A stretch of 64,000 bases of DNA from Leptonemataceae bacterium (GCA_965227295.1 OZ245742.1:704001-768000); one strand, 5' to 3'. Shown: positions 19,563 to 30,057, numbered from the stretch's first letter. Notes: generated by a model from the sequence alone, not told the origin. Translations and numbers: made by a program.

Positions 19563-22500
19563 GTGGAAGCGATCAGCCGGTTTCTCACCGATCACAACGT
19601 CTACTTTAACTACTTTTCGTTCGCCAATCTCCTGGGATTCGTCTTCACGTTTTTCCTGGGCCTCTTCCTGGTAACACTGCCGAACCGTTCGAAGAGTACG
19701 AACCACCTGGGCATCTCGTTTCTGTTTCTGGCGCCCTTCTACCTGGCGTATGTCTTCGCCCACGCGTACTACGGCCCCGCGGCCGCCTACCACCGCTGGG
19801 TGACCGTCGGTGTCATTCTCATTCCGTTCATCCATTTTGTACAGTGGGCCCTCAAGTACCCGCGCAACGACTACCCCGTTGCCGGCTGGCTGTTCGCCGT
19901 CATGCAGTACCTCATTCTCCTGGCGAGTCTCGTGCTGTTCATCGGCATTACCAATAGTTCCGGGGTGAAGTTCCTCTTTACGGCACATCACTGGGACTTT
20001 GACGCGGACTTCTTCAGTGAACGCTACGGCGCCGTCATTTTATTGTACATCGTAATCTTCCTCGCCGTCGGAGTCTTTCGCACCATCTCCGTAAAAACGA
20101 AGGAGCGCTGGACCATTCTGGCCATCGTAATCGCCATTATGATCGCGGCGATCCTTCCGGCACCGCTCAACATCATGAGTCGCGGCGGTTACGTACCGCG
20201 CGGATTCTTCGTCACGGTTTTCGTGATCATGACGGTCCTCGGTTACTTCCTGGTCACGGTGATCTACATCAACCGTACCGAAGACCGCACCACCTTCATG
20301 GTGAAGATCGTCGGAATCTCTCTCGTAACGTTTCTGTTGATGATGCAGGCCATCAGCCTTGTTTCTCTTGAGGACCGCGAAGACGAGTACGACGCCCTGC
20401 ACGTGGAGTACACTCAGCGCGTCCTGGAAGGCGGCTCTCGCAATCCGGACATTCAGTACATTATCCGCTACGACTTACAGACCGGCCAGGCCGAACAAAG
20501 ATTTCCCGCAGCACCGATGCCGGTATCCTTCGAAGAGAACAAAGAAGACCTGGCAAACACCGCCGTCTACGAAGACCTGAAACGACTGCCCGAGGTCGGC
20601 TTCGGCGAGCAAGTGCAGTCCTACTTCGCGGAAAATTCTACGCATCCGTTCTTCGCCGGCTATCGCACCGCGATTCTGAATTTCATCGAAAGCTCCGAGG
20701 CCGAAGACGACGCCCTGGCGGACGCCACGGAGGCGTTCTTCAAGGACGTGAACATCACGACCCGGGTGAATCGCATTAAGATCAACAAGCTGCCCGACGA
20801 CGGCTTTCGCGCGCACCTGAACCGCCACCTTACGGAAGCCGAAGCGGAGTTCGCCCCCTTCGCGGCGGAGATCGATCGATTCCAGAAGAACCGCGAGGAA
20901 CTAAAAGACGCCGCGCTGAAACGCGAAGTTGTGCGCTTCCTCGCTCCGCTCAAACCCGAGTACGCCCGACACTTCCGTAAAGCCGATATCGAAAACTACG
21001 AAGAATTCCGGCACTTTACCGCCTTCACGCAGTACGATCGCAAACAGAACGCGGTCTACGAGGTCGGCTATTCGTACATCAACTATCGCAAGTACATTCA
21101 CGAGTCGGCCTTTACGCAGAAGATTATTCTGCTCGGCGTGCTCTTCGTACTGCTCGTCATTTTTCCGCTGTTCTTTCGCGGTTCGTTGATCAACCCGCTC
21201 AACAATCTGCTCTCCGGCGTGAAGCAGGTGAACGACGGCGACCTCTCGGTTCAGGTGCCCATCAAAGTCCAGGACGAGATCGGCTTTCTGGCCGGCTCGT
21301 TCAACAGCATGGTGGTTTCCATCCGTGACGCCCGGGAGAAACTCCAGGACTACGCTAACAATCTCGAAGAGAAAGTTAAGGAACGCACCGCTGAGTTGAA
21401 CCAGACCCTGGAAGAAGTGCGGGCCCTGAAGACCCAGCAGGACGGCGACTATTATCTCACGTCTCTGCTACAAAAGCCGCTGAACTACGATGCCAACAAG
21501 TCCGACCGCATCACGACGGACTTCTACATCAAACAGAAGAAGCGCTTCGAATTCCGCAGCAAACCGGGCGATCTCGGCGGCGACATCTGCGTTACCGGCA
21601 ACCTGCGCCTGGGAACGCCGGACAACTATCGACGCTATGTCGTCGCGGTGAACGGCGACGCCATGGGTAAGTCCATGCAGGGCGCCGGTGGTTCTCTGGT
21701 GATGGGTGTTGTAATGAACTCCATCCTGGCCCGCTCGGCGAAGGGCGACCGCATTCTCGACAGCACGCCGCAGCAATGGTTGACGGACGTTTACGACGAG
21801 GTCCACGGCGTGTTCACGGCCTTCAACGGCTCCATGGTCATCTCCGCGGTCATCGCGGTGGTCGACGAAGAGAGCGGTGAGATGTGGTACTTCAACGCCG
21901 AGCACCCGTATTCGGTAATCTATCGCAACGGCAAGGCTTCGTTCGTAGAAGAGGAACTACAGTTACGCAAGCTCGGCCTGGAATCCGAGATTCCCTTCGC
22001 GGTGCATTACTTCAAACTGGAACCCGGCGACATTCTGTACATGGGATCGGACGGTCGCGACGACCTGGATCTTACGCCGGACCAACCGGTCCGCACGATC
22101 AACGAGGACGAGTTCCTGTTTCTCAAACGCGTCGAAGAGGCCGACGGCGACATCGATCTCCTGGTGGAAGGCCTCTCCAGTCACGGCGGATTCACGGACG
22201 ACCTCTCGCTCTTACGCATCGCCTTCACCAACGTGCCGGCGCGCTCCCTCGATGACGACATCCCCGACGTGACCGAAGAAGGCGCCGACAACGAAGTCCG
22301 CCCGCCGGTCATCGACATCGACGTGCTCGACGAAGAGGAGCGCGCGTTCGAGGCGAGCATCTCCGGACGCGACGCCTCCGGCGACGATGAAGCTTTCAGC
22401 GGACTCGGCGCAGAGTTCGACGCGCTCTTAAGTGAAGGACGCGCCCTGGCCCGGGACGGCAAACACGCCGAGGCCCTGAACGTGCTGGATCGCGCCTACG

Positions 22501-22859
22501 CCATGCGCCAGGATGTACCCGCGCTGAACAAGATTCTTGCGGTGCTCACATTCAAAGAACGCGACTACGAAAAGGCCATCGAGATCCTCGACCAATACCT
22601 GGAGCACGATCCCGGCATTGTCGACTTCTGGCTGTATCTGTCCATTTCACTGAAGCGCACGGGCGAACTCCAGCGCGCGCTGCGTGCCGGCGAGAAGGTC
22701 CACAGCCTGGACTCCGAACGCGTGGTGAACTTGATCAACCTGGCCGACATCCATCAGAAACTCGGCAACGGCGAACGCGCCCGGGAATTTCTTGATCGCG
22801 CTCTCGAACTGGACCCGCAGAATCGCCAGGCACGCACTCTGAGTTCAGCCATTTCTTAA
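19563..22859 (+). CDS. Multi-TM sensor-HAMP-SpoIIE (PP2C) phosphatase with C-terminal TPRs
   Basis: N-terminal TM bundle, HAMP (DEIGFLAGSFNSM), GGDIC, GDAMGKS, SDGRDD, DDLSL, and a TPR tail. Confidence 0.9.
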   Translation: MEAISRFLTDHNVYFNYFSFANLLGFVFTFFLGLFLVTLPNRSKSTNHLGISFLFLAPFYLAYVFAHAYYGPAAAYHRWVTVGVILIPFIHFVQWALKYPRNDYPVAGWLFAVMQYLILLASLVLFIGITNSSGVKFLFTAHHWDFDADFFSERYGAVILLYIVIFLAVGVFRTISVKTKERWTILAIVIAIMIAAILPAPLNIMSRGGYVPRGFFVTVFVIMTVLGYFLVTVIYINRTEDRTTFMVKIVGISLVTFLLMMQAISLVSLEDREDEYDALHVEYTQRVLEGGSRNPDIQYIIRYDLQTGQAEQRFPAAPMPVSFEENKEDLANTAVYEDLKRLPEVGFGEQVQSYFAENSTHPFFAGYRTAILNFIESSEAEDDALADATEAFFKDVNITTRVNRIKINKLPDDGFRAHLNRHLTEAEAEFAPFAAEIDRFQKNREELKDAALKREVVRFLAPLKPEYARHFRKADIENYEEFRHFTAFTQYDRKQNAVYEVGYSYINYRKYIHESAFTQKIILLGVLFVLLVIFPLFFRGSLINPLNNLLSGVKQVNDGDLSVQVPIKVQDEIGFLAGSFNSMVVSIRDAREKLQDYANNLEEKVKERTAELNQTLEEVRALKTQQDGDYYLTSLLQKPLNYDANKSDRITTDFYIKQKKRFEFRSKPGDLGGDICVTGNLRLGTPDNYRRYVVAVNGDAMGKSMQGAGGSLVMGVVMNSILARSAKGDRILDSTPQQWLTDVYDEVHGVFTAFNGSMVISAVIAVVDEESGEMWYFNAEHPYSVIYRNGKASFVEEELQLRKLGLESEIPFAVHYFKLEPGDILYMGSDGRDDLDLTPDQPVRTINEDEFLFLKRVEEADGDIDLLVEGLSSHGGFTDDLSLLRIAFTNVPARSLDDDIPDVTEEGADNEVRPPVIDIDVLDEEERAFEASISGRDASGDDEAFSGLGAEFDALLSEGRALARDGKHAEALNVLDRAYAMRQDVPALNKILAVLTFKERDYEKAIEILDQYLEHDPGIVDFWLYLSISLKRTGELQRALRAGEKVHSLDSERVVNLINLADIHQKLGNGERAREFLDRALELDPQNRQARTLSSAIS

Positions 22860-22868
22860 TATTCACGC

Positions 22869-24197
22869 ATGATCGTCCGCTTTGAACACGTTTATGAACG
22901 CATTCGTTCCATTGATCGCGACATCGCGGAACTGAAACGCCTGAAGGCCCGGCTGCCCGAGGCCCGCAGCTTCACCGTGGCCATGCAGGTGGCCTTCGAC
23001 AAACAGATCAGCCGCCTCCTCGAAGAAAAGATCGCGCTCCAGGATCTTGAAATCGAAAGTCCGTCCGAGGATTTACTCAGTACCATCTTCCAGGCCGACA
23101 TGGTCACCGCCTCGCAAATCCGCGGGGACCGCGCGGAACTGGAAGCCCTGGCCGCCGAGGAGATCTCGAAGAGCGACCAGAACGTACTCGCCTTCATCCG
23201 CGAGATGCCGAAAACCGAGATCCATCTGCACATGGAAGCGTGCATCTCCAAAGAGACCCTGGCCGGCATGTTCGAAAAGAACAAGATCGACTACAGCATG
23301 GAAGAACTGGAAAAGATGTACCAGTTCACCGACCTCAGCGGCTTCATTAAGCTCTTTCTGTTCATCCTCGACGCCATCAAAACCCCCGACGACTTCGAGT
23401 TGATCTTCCTGAACCTGCGCAACTACTGCGAGGCCAACAACATCCGTTACGCCGAGGTGTTTCTCGCACCGTCGCGCATGATTCAAAACGGCCTCGACTT
23501 CAACGAGATTGCCCAGACCCTCGATCGCGTCGCCAACGAGTGCCGCCGCGACGGCGGCCCCGAGGTCAAGTACCTCATCGATGTGTCGCGGACCTTCGGC
23601 GCCGAGAACGCGAGCAAAAACCTGCAACGCATTATCCGCGCGAAGGCGACGAACATCATCGGCATCGGCCTCGGCGGAGCGGAGTTGATGGGACCGGCCA
23701 GATTGTTCGGCGACGTCTTCGCCCAGGCGCGCGCCCACGGTTTGCGCGCGGTGTGTCACGCCGGCGAAGACGACGGCCCCTGGTCGGTCCGCGACTCGGT
23801 GGAGATTCTCAAGGCCGAACGCATCGGCCACGCCACGTCGGCGATCCAGGATCCCGATCTCATCGAACTCCTCAAGGATACCGAAACGCCCATCGAAGCC
23901 TGCCTCACCTCGAATCTCTTTACCGGCAAGTACGTGCGCCGCCCCGAGGATCATCCCGTCCGTCGTTACTACGACGAGGGCCTGGTCTGCACGGTGAACA
24001 CCGACGATCCGGAAATCTTCAACGTGAACTTAAGCGACGAGTTCTTTAAGTACTACAAGCACCTGGACTTCACGGTTAGCGAGATCATCGATCTGAATCG
24101 CCAGGGTGTGGCTTCCACCTTTCACGACGGCCGCGCAAAGATGTGGAAGGACTTCAGCAAAGAAATCCAGAAGCTTCGCAAGAAATACGCGGTGTAA
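22869..24197 (+). CDS. Adenosine-deaminase-family protein with ~110-aa N-terminal extension (possible cAMP deaminase)
   Basis: PKTEIHLHME, HAGE, RIGH, SN, NTDDP. Confidence 0.85.
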   Translation: MIVRFEHVYERIRSIDRDIAELKRLKARLPEARSFTVAMQVAFDKQISRLLEEKIALQDLEIESPSEDLLSTIFQADMVTASQIRGDRAELEALAAEEISKSDQNVLAFIREMPKTEIHLHMEACISKETLAGMFEKNKIDYSMEELEKMYQFTDLSGFIKLFLFILDAIKTPDDFELIFLNLRNYCEANNIRYAEVFLAPSRMIQNGLDFNEIAQTLDRVANECRRDGGPEVKYLIDVSRTFGAENASKNLQRIIRAKATNIIGIGLGGAELMGPARLFGDVFAQARAHGLRAVCHAGEDDGPWSVRDSVEILKAERIGHATSAIQDPDLIELLKDTETPIEACLTSNLFTGKYVRRPEDHPVRRYYDEGLVCTVNTDDPEIFNVNLSDEFFKYYKHLDFTVSEIIDLNRQGVASTFHDGRAKMWKDFSKEIQKLRKKYAV

Positions 24198-24200
24198 GGC

Positions 24201-24674
24201 TCAGTATTCCTGCGGCAGGCACGGATACAGGACCACCACCCGACACCGCCCCGGCTCGTCGTAGAAGTGATTCCGCACCACGGCCCGATCCAGGCAACGC
24301 TTCCAGGGCCCGCCGGCGCTCATGCTCAGACGCAGGGCCCACTCGGCCTGGGGCTGCCAGTCTCGATCGGTAAGGCTGAGCCACTTGGTGTGGCTGTGGA
24401 TCAGGGCATCCTCGCGGCAGCGCTTCCGCCGCTCGCGTAAGGTCAGAAAGCGCAGCCCGGTTTTACTCTTGCCGTCCGCCGCAGCATTGTCGATGTACTC
24501 TTTAACGGGCGGCAGGTCCGCTTCGCCCTGGATCTGAACGTAGTTTCCGGTGAAGTAGTAGTCCTGGTCGATCAGCGCCGGCTCGATATTCGGCGGCGTG
24601 CCGCGCAGATAGGCGCACCGACCGGCCGCGGTCCACGTCAGAGTCAACAGTAGTAAGATGATGCAACGATTCAT
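24201..24674 (-). CDS. Hypothetical exported or lipoprotein
   Basis: Signal-like MNRCIILLLLTLTWTAAGRC and several Cys residues; overlaps the divergent gene head-to-head. Confidence 0.55.
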   Translation of the reverse strand: MNRCIILLLLTLTWTAAGRCAYLRGTPPNIEPALIDQDYYFTGNYVQIQGEADLPPVKEYIDNAAADGKSKTGLRFLTLRERRKRCREDALIHSHTKWLSLTDRDWQPQAEWALRLSMSAGGPWKRCLDRAVVRNHFYDEPGRCRVVVLYPCLPQEY

Positions 24675-26316
24675 TCGATCTTTGCCGGGCCCGGCGGCGC
24701 TGCTACTCCTCGCGACGGCGCTCTTTCCGGCGGCGTTGTTCGCCCGGGGCGGCCTGGCCGTGTTGCCGTTCCGTGTGGAGGGCGACCCCGCGCGCTCCGG
24801 TCTGAAGCTGCCAGCAATGTCGGAGCGCCTCCAGGAGGCCAGCGTCTTTCTCCTGAGCATTAGCCGGGAGTATCGCCTCCAGAGCACCACGGAAACCAAC
24901 GCCGCCCTGAAAGAGCTGGGCTGGCGACCGGAGCAACCGCTCACTCCGGACCGTGCCGAGGCCGTCTGTCTGCAGGCCGGGGCGGACTATCTGCTGGGCG
25001 GATCGGCGCGCTTCGTCTCTCGTGAGAGTATTTTCCTGAAGGCGACGGTCTACTTTTGCGGCCGCAATAAAACCGTCCAGTCCCAGGCGACGGCGAAACA
25101 CACGACGCTCCAGCAGAACATGCGTCGCATGCTGGACGAGGCCACACCGTTCCTCCAACCCCGCCCGCAGATCGGCGTGGAGAATCCGCAGACCGGCCGG
25201 GCCGTGGACCTGGCCGTCATCCTGGATTTCTCCGGTTCCATGTCGGAAGATCTGCCGGCTATCTTTCGCGGCCTGGACGCGCTCCAGCAACGCCTGCCGG
25301 ACGGCAGTCGCATCGGCGCGATTACGATCCAGGCCGGGAACAACGGCGATCGCCTGGATGCCATCCGCATGACCCGCGCCTGGTCTCCGGTGCTGCAGGA
25401 TTTACAACAACGTCGCGTGGACGGCACCGTAACGGCGAACGGCCTGGAAGAGGCCCTGGGCATTGTCTCGCGCTACCGGGGCTGGCAGGGGCAACGCAAG
25501 CTCCTCGTGTTCTCGGACGCCGCCCTGGGGGGGCGCCGGGCCGATCTGGAAAACTATCTGCGCCGCATCGCACGAAACGGGGTGGAGATCCGCCTCTTCT
25601 CGCTGCTCCGCCAGTCGTACGAGGACCGCGAAGAATGGCGGCGCCTGGCACGCACGTTGCGCCTGGAAGATCCGGGCGTGTTGTACGGGCGCGAGGTCTC
25701 CCTCCAGGACGGTGAAGAATTGTTCTTCGTGATGCAGGGACGGCGGTTCTTTCTGAGCGAACGCAATCTGAAAGGGGACGTGGTGCGCGGACGGCTTTCC
25801 GACGCCGAGATCCGCCCCATCGAAACAATTCACTTCCAGCGCGAGAAACTGAACTTAGAACACATCCCCGATGAGTACGCCCGCCTCCGCGACCGCCGGG
25901 TGAGCGCCATGGGGCCGGTGCATTCCAATCTGGAGCTACGCATTCTGGACGCGGCGGTGAGCGGCCTGCCCGAGGAACACTCCGCCCCGCGGGTGAGCGT
26001 GCGCAACGAGGGCACGGCGTTCTGGCTGCGCGTGAGCGATCGGGACGTCCGCCGGGAACTGGCCCGGGCCCGACAAACCGGGGATAAGATCTACATCGGC
26101 TTCCGTCCGGTACCGGCCTCCAGCCCGGGAGAACGCGTAGCGAATCTGGCCGAACCTGTGTATACTGGATCCCAGGGCGCGGTGCCGCTGCTCTTCGTTA
26201 CGACCTGGCGAGAGTTGAACCAACGGCCGGCGTCCGCGCTGAACGGCCAGGATACGGTCTTTGTCCTGGTGGAAGTCTTAGAGATCGGCGATGACGGATC
26301 AGACATCTTACAATAA
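24658..26316 (+). CDS. Exported VWA-domain protein
   Basis: Signal peptide, CsgG/TolB-like LAVLPF segment, MIDAS motif DFSGS, and LVFSDA. Confidence 0.75.
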   Translation: MMQRFIRSLPGPAALLLLATALFPAALFARGGLAVLPFRVEGDPARSGLKLPAMSERLQEASVFLLSISREYRLQSTTETNAALKELGWRPEQPLTPDRAEAVCLQAGADYLLGGSARFVSRESIFLKATVYFCGRNKTVQSQATAKHTTLQQNMRRMLDEATPFLQPRPQIGVENPQTGRAVDLAVILDFSGSMSEDLPAIFRGLDALQQRLPDGSRIGAITIQAGNNGDRLDAIRMTRAWSPVLQDLQQRRVDGTVTANGLEEALGIVSRYRGWQGQRKLLVFSDAALGGRRADLENYLRRIARNGVEIRLFSLLRQSYEDREEWRRLARTLRLEDPGVLYGREVSLQDGEELFFVMQGRRFFLSERNLKGDVVRGRLSDAEIRPIETIHFQREKLNLEHIPDEYARLRDRRVSAMGPVHSNLELRILDAAVSGLPEEHSAPRVSVRNEGTAFWLRVSDRDVRRELARARQTGDKIYIGFRPVPASSPGERVANLAEPVYTGSQGAVPLLFVTTWRELNQRPASALNGQDTVFVLVEVLEIGDDGSDILQ

Positions 26317-27082
26317 CGACGCAACCGCGCTGTCACCGGCGAACCCCGGTGTGCCGGCGGAGTTGTTGGCGGAGGAACTGCCGGCCCTGGCCGCGGGTCT
26401 CGTGCATGAGGTGAAGAATCCCCTCGCGGCCATCCACATGCATCTGCAGTTGCTTGAGAATTACGTCGGCGACATCGACGAGGCGGAGCTGCGCGGCAAG
26501 ATCGGCGACAAGGTGCGTCTGATCAAAAACGAGATCCTGGGCCTCAACCGTACGTTGCACAACTTCCTGTCGATGATCCGCCCCGGCACGGGTCCGAAAG
26601 AACTCAGTGACGATTTGAACGGCCTCGTCGGCGAGGTGGTGGAACTGCTCGAGCCCCAGGCGCTGCGCGAGGGCATTGAGCTGACGTTTCGCCCCGGGAA
26701 TGTTGCCTCGTTCGAAGCCGCGGACGCTTCGTTCGTAAAGCAGATCGTGTTGAATCTGATTCTGAATTCGATCCAGGCCTTTCAGGGCAGCGAAGACTTC
26801 GACGACCGCCGCATCGAGGTGAGCACGGGCGAGAAGAAGTGTTATCCGTACATCGCCATCGCCGACAACGGGCCGGGCATCCCGGAGAACGTGCAGGAAC
26901 GCATCTTCGACGCGTTCTTTTCGACGAAGGGCGGCAAAGGCAGCGGCCTGGGGCTTACGTTAGTGCGCAAGATGGTGATAGCCCTGGGCGGGCGCATTGA
27001 ACTTCAGTCGACGCCCGGGGAGGGAACGAAGTTCTTGGTGTTACTGCGGGGCAAGGGCGCGCCGCCCGAGATTGAGGGGTGA
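26291..27082 (+). CDS. Sensorless cytoplasmic histidine kinase
   Basis: H-box HEVKNPL, N box NLILNS, DNGPGI, FFSTK, GSGLGL. Confidence 0.92.
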   Translation: MTDQTSYNNDATALSPANPGVPAELLAEELPALAAGLVHEVKNPLAAIHMHLQLLENYVGDIDEAELRGKIGDKVRLIKNEILGLNRTLHNFLSMIRPGTGPKELSDDLNGLVGEVVELLEPQALREGIELTFRPGNVASFEAADASFVKQIVLNLILNSIQAFQGSEDFDDRRIEVSTGEKKCYPYIAIADNGPGIPENVQERIFDAFFSTKGGKGSGLGLTLVRKMVIALGGRIELQSTPGEGTKFLVLLRGKGAPPEIEG

Positions 27083-27260
27083 AAGCCTGAAGTCCTTTGC
27101 ACAAACGCCACGCGTTTGTGGCGGCCCTGGACGCGGCGCGAAACGCGCAAAGGACTGAGCAAAGTGGGTATCAGCGCAACGCACGATGTGTTGCGCGTTC
27201 GGATTTCTGTCATCGCCGTGCATGGGTGAGGGCAGGATGCCCGAGCACATGCGCAACTAT

Positions 27261-28631
27261 ATGGCAAACTTTTTGATCATTGAAGACAACGCGGCGCAGC
27301 GGGCGGCGTTGGAAGAGTATCTCGAAGGACTCTCTTCGAAAGAAGAGAAACACACCGTGTACACCGCCGCCGACGGTGAACTGGCCCAGGCCGTACTCAC
27401 CGAACGTCGGGTAGACGTAATCCTCAGTGATCTCATGTTACCGGATACCACCGGCATCGACATTGTCCGCGAAGTGCGCAAGGGCATGCCTGACGTGCCG
27501 TTTTTGATTCTTACCGGACAACCTTCGATCGAGACCGCGGTCGAAGCCATTCGCGAGGGGGCCACGGACTATCTGCTCAAGCCCGTCGATTTTACGCTGC
27601 TCAAGAAAAAGATCGACGGTTTTCTGGAAACGGCGCGCCTCAAAACCGAAAACAAACAACTGCGCGCACGCATTTCGGACCAGTTCCACACCGGCAACAT
27701 CATCGGCAACAGTGCGGCCTTAAGAGGAGTTCTGGAGAAGTTAAAGCAAGTCGCCCCGGCGGACGTGACCACGCTGATCGAAGGCGAAAGCGGCACCGGC
27801 AAAGAGCTGATTGCGAATCTCATTCACGAAAATTCCGGGCGCAAGGGCAAGCCGTTCATTAAAGTCAACTGCGGCGCACTTACGAAAAGCCTGCTGGAAT
27901 CGGAGCTCTTCGGCTCCGTAAAGGGGGCTTACACCGGCGCCGATCGTGATCGCGAGGGTTTCTTCGAAGCGGCGAACGGCGGGACCATTTTCCTCGACGA
28001 GATCGGCGAGATGGATCCGGAATCCCAGGTGCGCCTGTTGCGCGTGCTGGAAGAACGTGAGATTACCCGCGTGGGCTCGACGAAGTCGATTCCCGTGGAC
28101 GTGCGCGTCGTGGCCGCCACGAACCGCAACCTGCTGGACGCCGTGGAAGAGCAGGATTTCCGCGAAGACCTCTACTATCGCCTGGCCGTAATCAAACTGT
28201 ATCTACCGCCGCTACGGGAACGCACGAGCGACATCCCGCTGTTGTTCAATCATTTCGTCACCGAGTTCAACGATCGCTACGGCAAGTCGGTGCGCAGCCT
28301 TGCTCCGGATCTGCTGTCGTTCTTCGAGGCCTACGAGTGGCCGGGCAACATCCGCGAGTTCCGTAACGTGCTGGAGGGCATGGTGGTCCTGGCGCGGGAC
28401 GACATTTTACAGAAAGGCGAACTGCCCCAAGAACTGCAAAACGTTCCGCAGCGAAAATCCAACAAACGCCTGACCGACAGCGTGATGGCCGGCATCTCCT
28501 TACAGGACTACGAAAAGGCCATCATTGAACGCAATCTGAAACTGAACAACGGCAACCGCGAACGTACCGCGGAGACCCTGGGCATTTCCGAACGTACCCT
28601 CTACCGGAAGATCAAAGAATATAACATCTAA
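27261..28631 (+). CDS. NtrC-family sigma-54 response regulator
   Basis: Receiver domain (ED, DLMLP, KP), GESGTGKE, GAYTGA, LDEIGE, WPGNIRE, Fis-type HTH. Confidence 0.95.
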   Translation: MANFLIIEDNAAQRAALEEYLEGLSSKEEKHTVYTAADGELAQAVLTERRVDVILSDLMLPDTTGIDIVREVRKGMPDVPFLILTGQPSIETAVEAIREGATDYLLKPVDFTLLKKKIDGFLETARLKTENKQLRARISDQFHTGNIIGNSAALRGVLEKLKQVAPADVTTLIEGESGTGKELIANLIHENSGRKGKPFIKVNCGALTKSLLESELFGSVKGAYTGADRDREGFFEAANGGTIFLDEIGEMDPESQVRLLRVLEEREITRVGSTKSIPVDVRVVAATNRNLLDAVEEQDFREDLYYRLAVIKLYLPPLRERTSDIPLLFNHFVTEFNDRYGKSVRSLAPDLLSFFEAYEWPGNIREFRNVLEGMVVLARDDILQKGELPQELQNVPQRKSNKRLTDSVMAGISLQDYEKAIIERNLKLNNGNRERTAETLGISERTLYRKIKEYNI

Positions 28632-28704
28632 CGTGCAAAAAAAGATTGGCACGTCCCTCTCCGACATGTAATCATTACGCAGCTCTTGTTTGTTGAGGTA
28701 TTGC

Positions 28705-29241
28705 ATGCGTCGTATCATCCTGCTCACACTCCTGTGTTCCGTCCCGCTCTTGCTGAATGTTTGCCAGAGTACGGGCGAAGACGCGGAATCCGGACAGCCG
28801 ACCGCCGAAAAGAAACCCGCGGAGACCGGCACGGATCGCGGAAGCGCGACGGGCTGCGTCGCCGGGGATTGCCAGAACGGTACCGGCACCTACGTCTGGC
28901 CGAGCGGCAGTAAGTACGTCGGCCAATTCAGCCAGGGGCTGCGCAACGGAACCGGCACCTATACCTGGTCCGACGGCAGTGAGTATGTGGGCCAGTACGT
29001 CGACGGCAAACGCAACGGCAAAGGGGCTTACACCTGGCCCAACGGCGAATCCTACGTCGGTGAATTCGTGGACGATCGCAAACAGGGCAAGGGTGTTTAC
29101 ACCTGGCCCAACGGAACGATCTACGAAGGCACCTGGAAAGACGACAAGCCCGATGAAGGCGAGTGGATTCGCACGAGCAAGGCCGCCATGAAGGACAACG
29201 AGGCCGCGTCCACGGGAAACGACAGTGAGAACATGGAATAA
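28705..29241 (+). CDS. MORN-repeat lipoprotein
   Basis: Signal peptide with Cys; GCVAGDCQNG followed by four 23-aa MORN repeats. Confidence 0.85.
   Translation: MRRIILLTLLCSVPLLLNVCQSTGEDAESGQPTAEKKPAETGTDRGSATGCVAGDCQNGTGTYVWPSGSKYVGQFSQGLRNGTGTYTWSDGSEYVGQYVDGKRNGKGAYTWPNGESYVGEFVDDRKQGKGVYTWPNGTIYEGTWKDDKPDEGEWIRTSKAAMKDNEAASTGNDSENME
28879..29154 (+). repeat. Four in-frame 69-bp MORN repeat units
   Basis: G(T/K)GxY(T/V)WxxGxxYxGx(F/Y/W) occurs four times. Confidence 0.85.
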
Positions 29242-29247
29242 TCGGCG

Positions 29248-30012
29248 ATGATCCAGGCGGCCACGGGCATAACACTCACCCGCCGCAAACTCGGCGAGGC
29301 GGATGTCATCGGCCGCTTTTTGTTGGAAGACGGACTGCTCATCGAAGTCAAAGCCCACGGCATCCGTAAATCGAAGTCTCGCAGCAATCTTCTGTTCGAA
29401 CCGGGCAGCCTGGTCCGACTTACCTACTACGCCAACGAACGCGACGCGGCGCTGCCCGCTTCGCTCAAAGAGGGCCACGTCGTCGATCGTTACGGCGAGA
29501 TCAAAGACGCCGGCTACGACGGCCTGGTGATCGTGTCGCAAATCCTGGAAACGATCGCCTTCGCGGCGCGCACCGGCGAAGGCGAGGCCTCCGAAGAAAC
29601 GGCCATGGCCTACACGTTGCTCAAGGGCGCCCTCGACGAACTGCGCGACTTCGATTTTCGGAAAGATCCGCTACGCCTGGCGATGCTGCTGCTCTTCGTT
29701 AAGGTGCGCGCACTGAAAGTTATGGGACTGCTGGGGGATCCGCGCTCCTGCGCCGAATGCGGGCGCGCGCTCGGAGGCGAGGTCTTCTGGCATCGACCGG
29801 AACTCTACTTCACCTGCGATCTCTGCGCCGTCGACGCGAACGAGGACGACGGCCGCTGGGCCCGGGTGATTGCCGGCGCGGCCGGCGCACGCTTCGCCAG
29901 GTTCGTCGAACATCTCGGTGACGCGAAGATCGAAGCGCTGAAGATGCTCGATGAGATTCTGGTACGGTGCATTGAGCATTTTCAGGGGGCGCCGTTAAAG
30001 TCCGTGCGGTGA
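29248..30012 (+). CDS. recO: DNA repair protein RecO
   Basis: GEAD, AHGIRKSKSR, and Zn finger CAECG...CDLC. Confidence 0.85.
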   Translation: MIQAATGITLTRRKLGEADVIGRFLLEDGLLIEVKAHGIRKSKSRSNLLFEPGSLVRLTYYANERDAALPASLKEGHVVDRYGEIKDAGYDGLVIVSQILETIAFAARTGEGEASEETAMAYTLLKGALDELRDFDFRKDPLRLAMLLLFVKVRALKVMGLLGDPRSCAECGRALGGEVFWHRPELYFTCDLCAVDANEDDGRWARVIAGAAGARFARFVEHLGDAKIEALKMLDEILVRCIEHFQGAPLKSVR

Positions 30013-30057
30013 ACGGAAGGGGGACGAATCACAAAGCCGCGAACCACAGCTCTTGAT

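Noticed and set aside
27086-27160. Hammerhead ribozyme
   Set aside because: The CTGANGA core is absent in the required arrangement.
28647-28662. TGGCACG upstream of the MORN gene as a sigma-54 promoter
   Set aside because: The -24 box is perfect but the -12 position reads TCTCC, without the required GC.
28879-29154. 69-bp repeats as a CRISPR or other non-coding array
   Set aside because: They are in-frame, degenerate at codon level and explained by MORN repeats; no cas genes are present.
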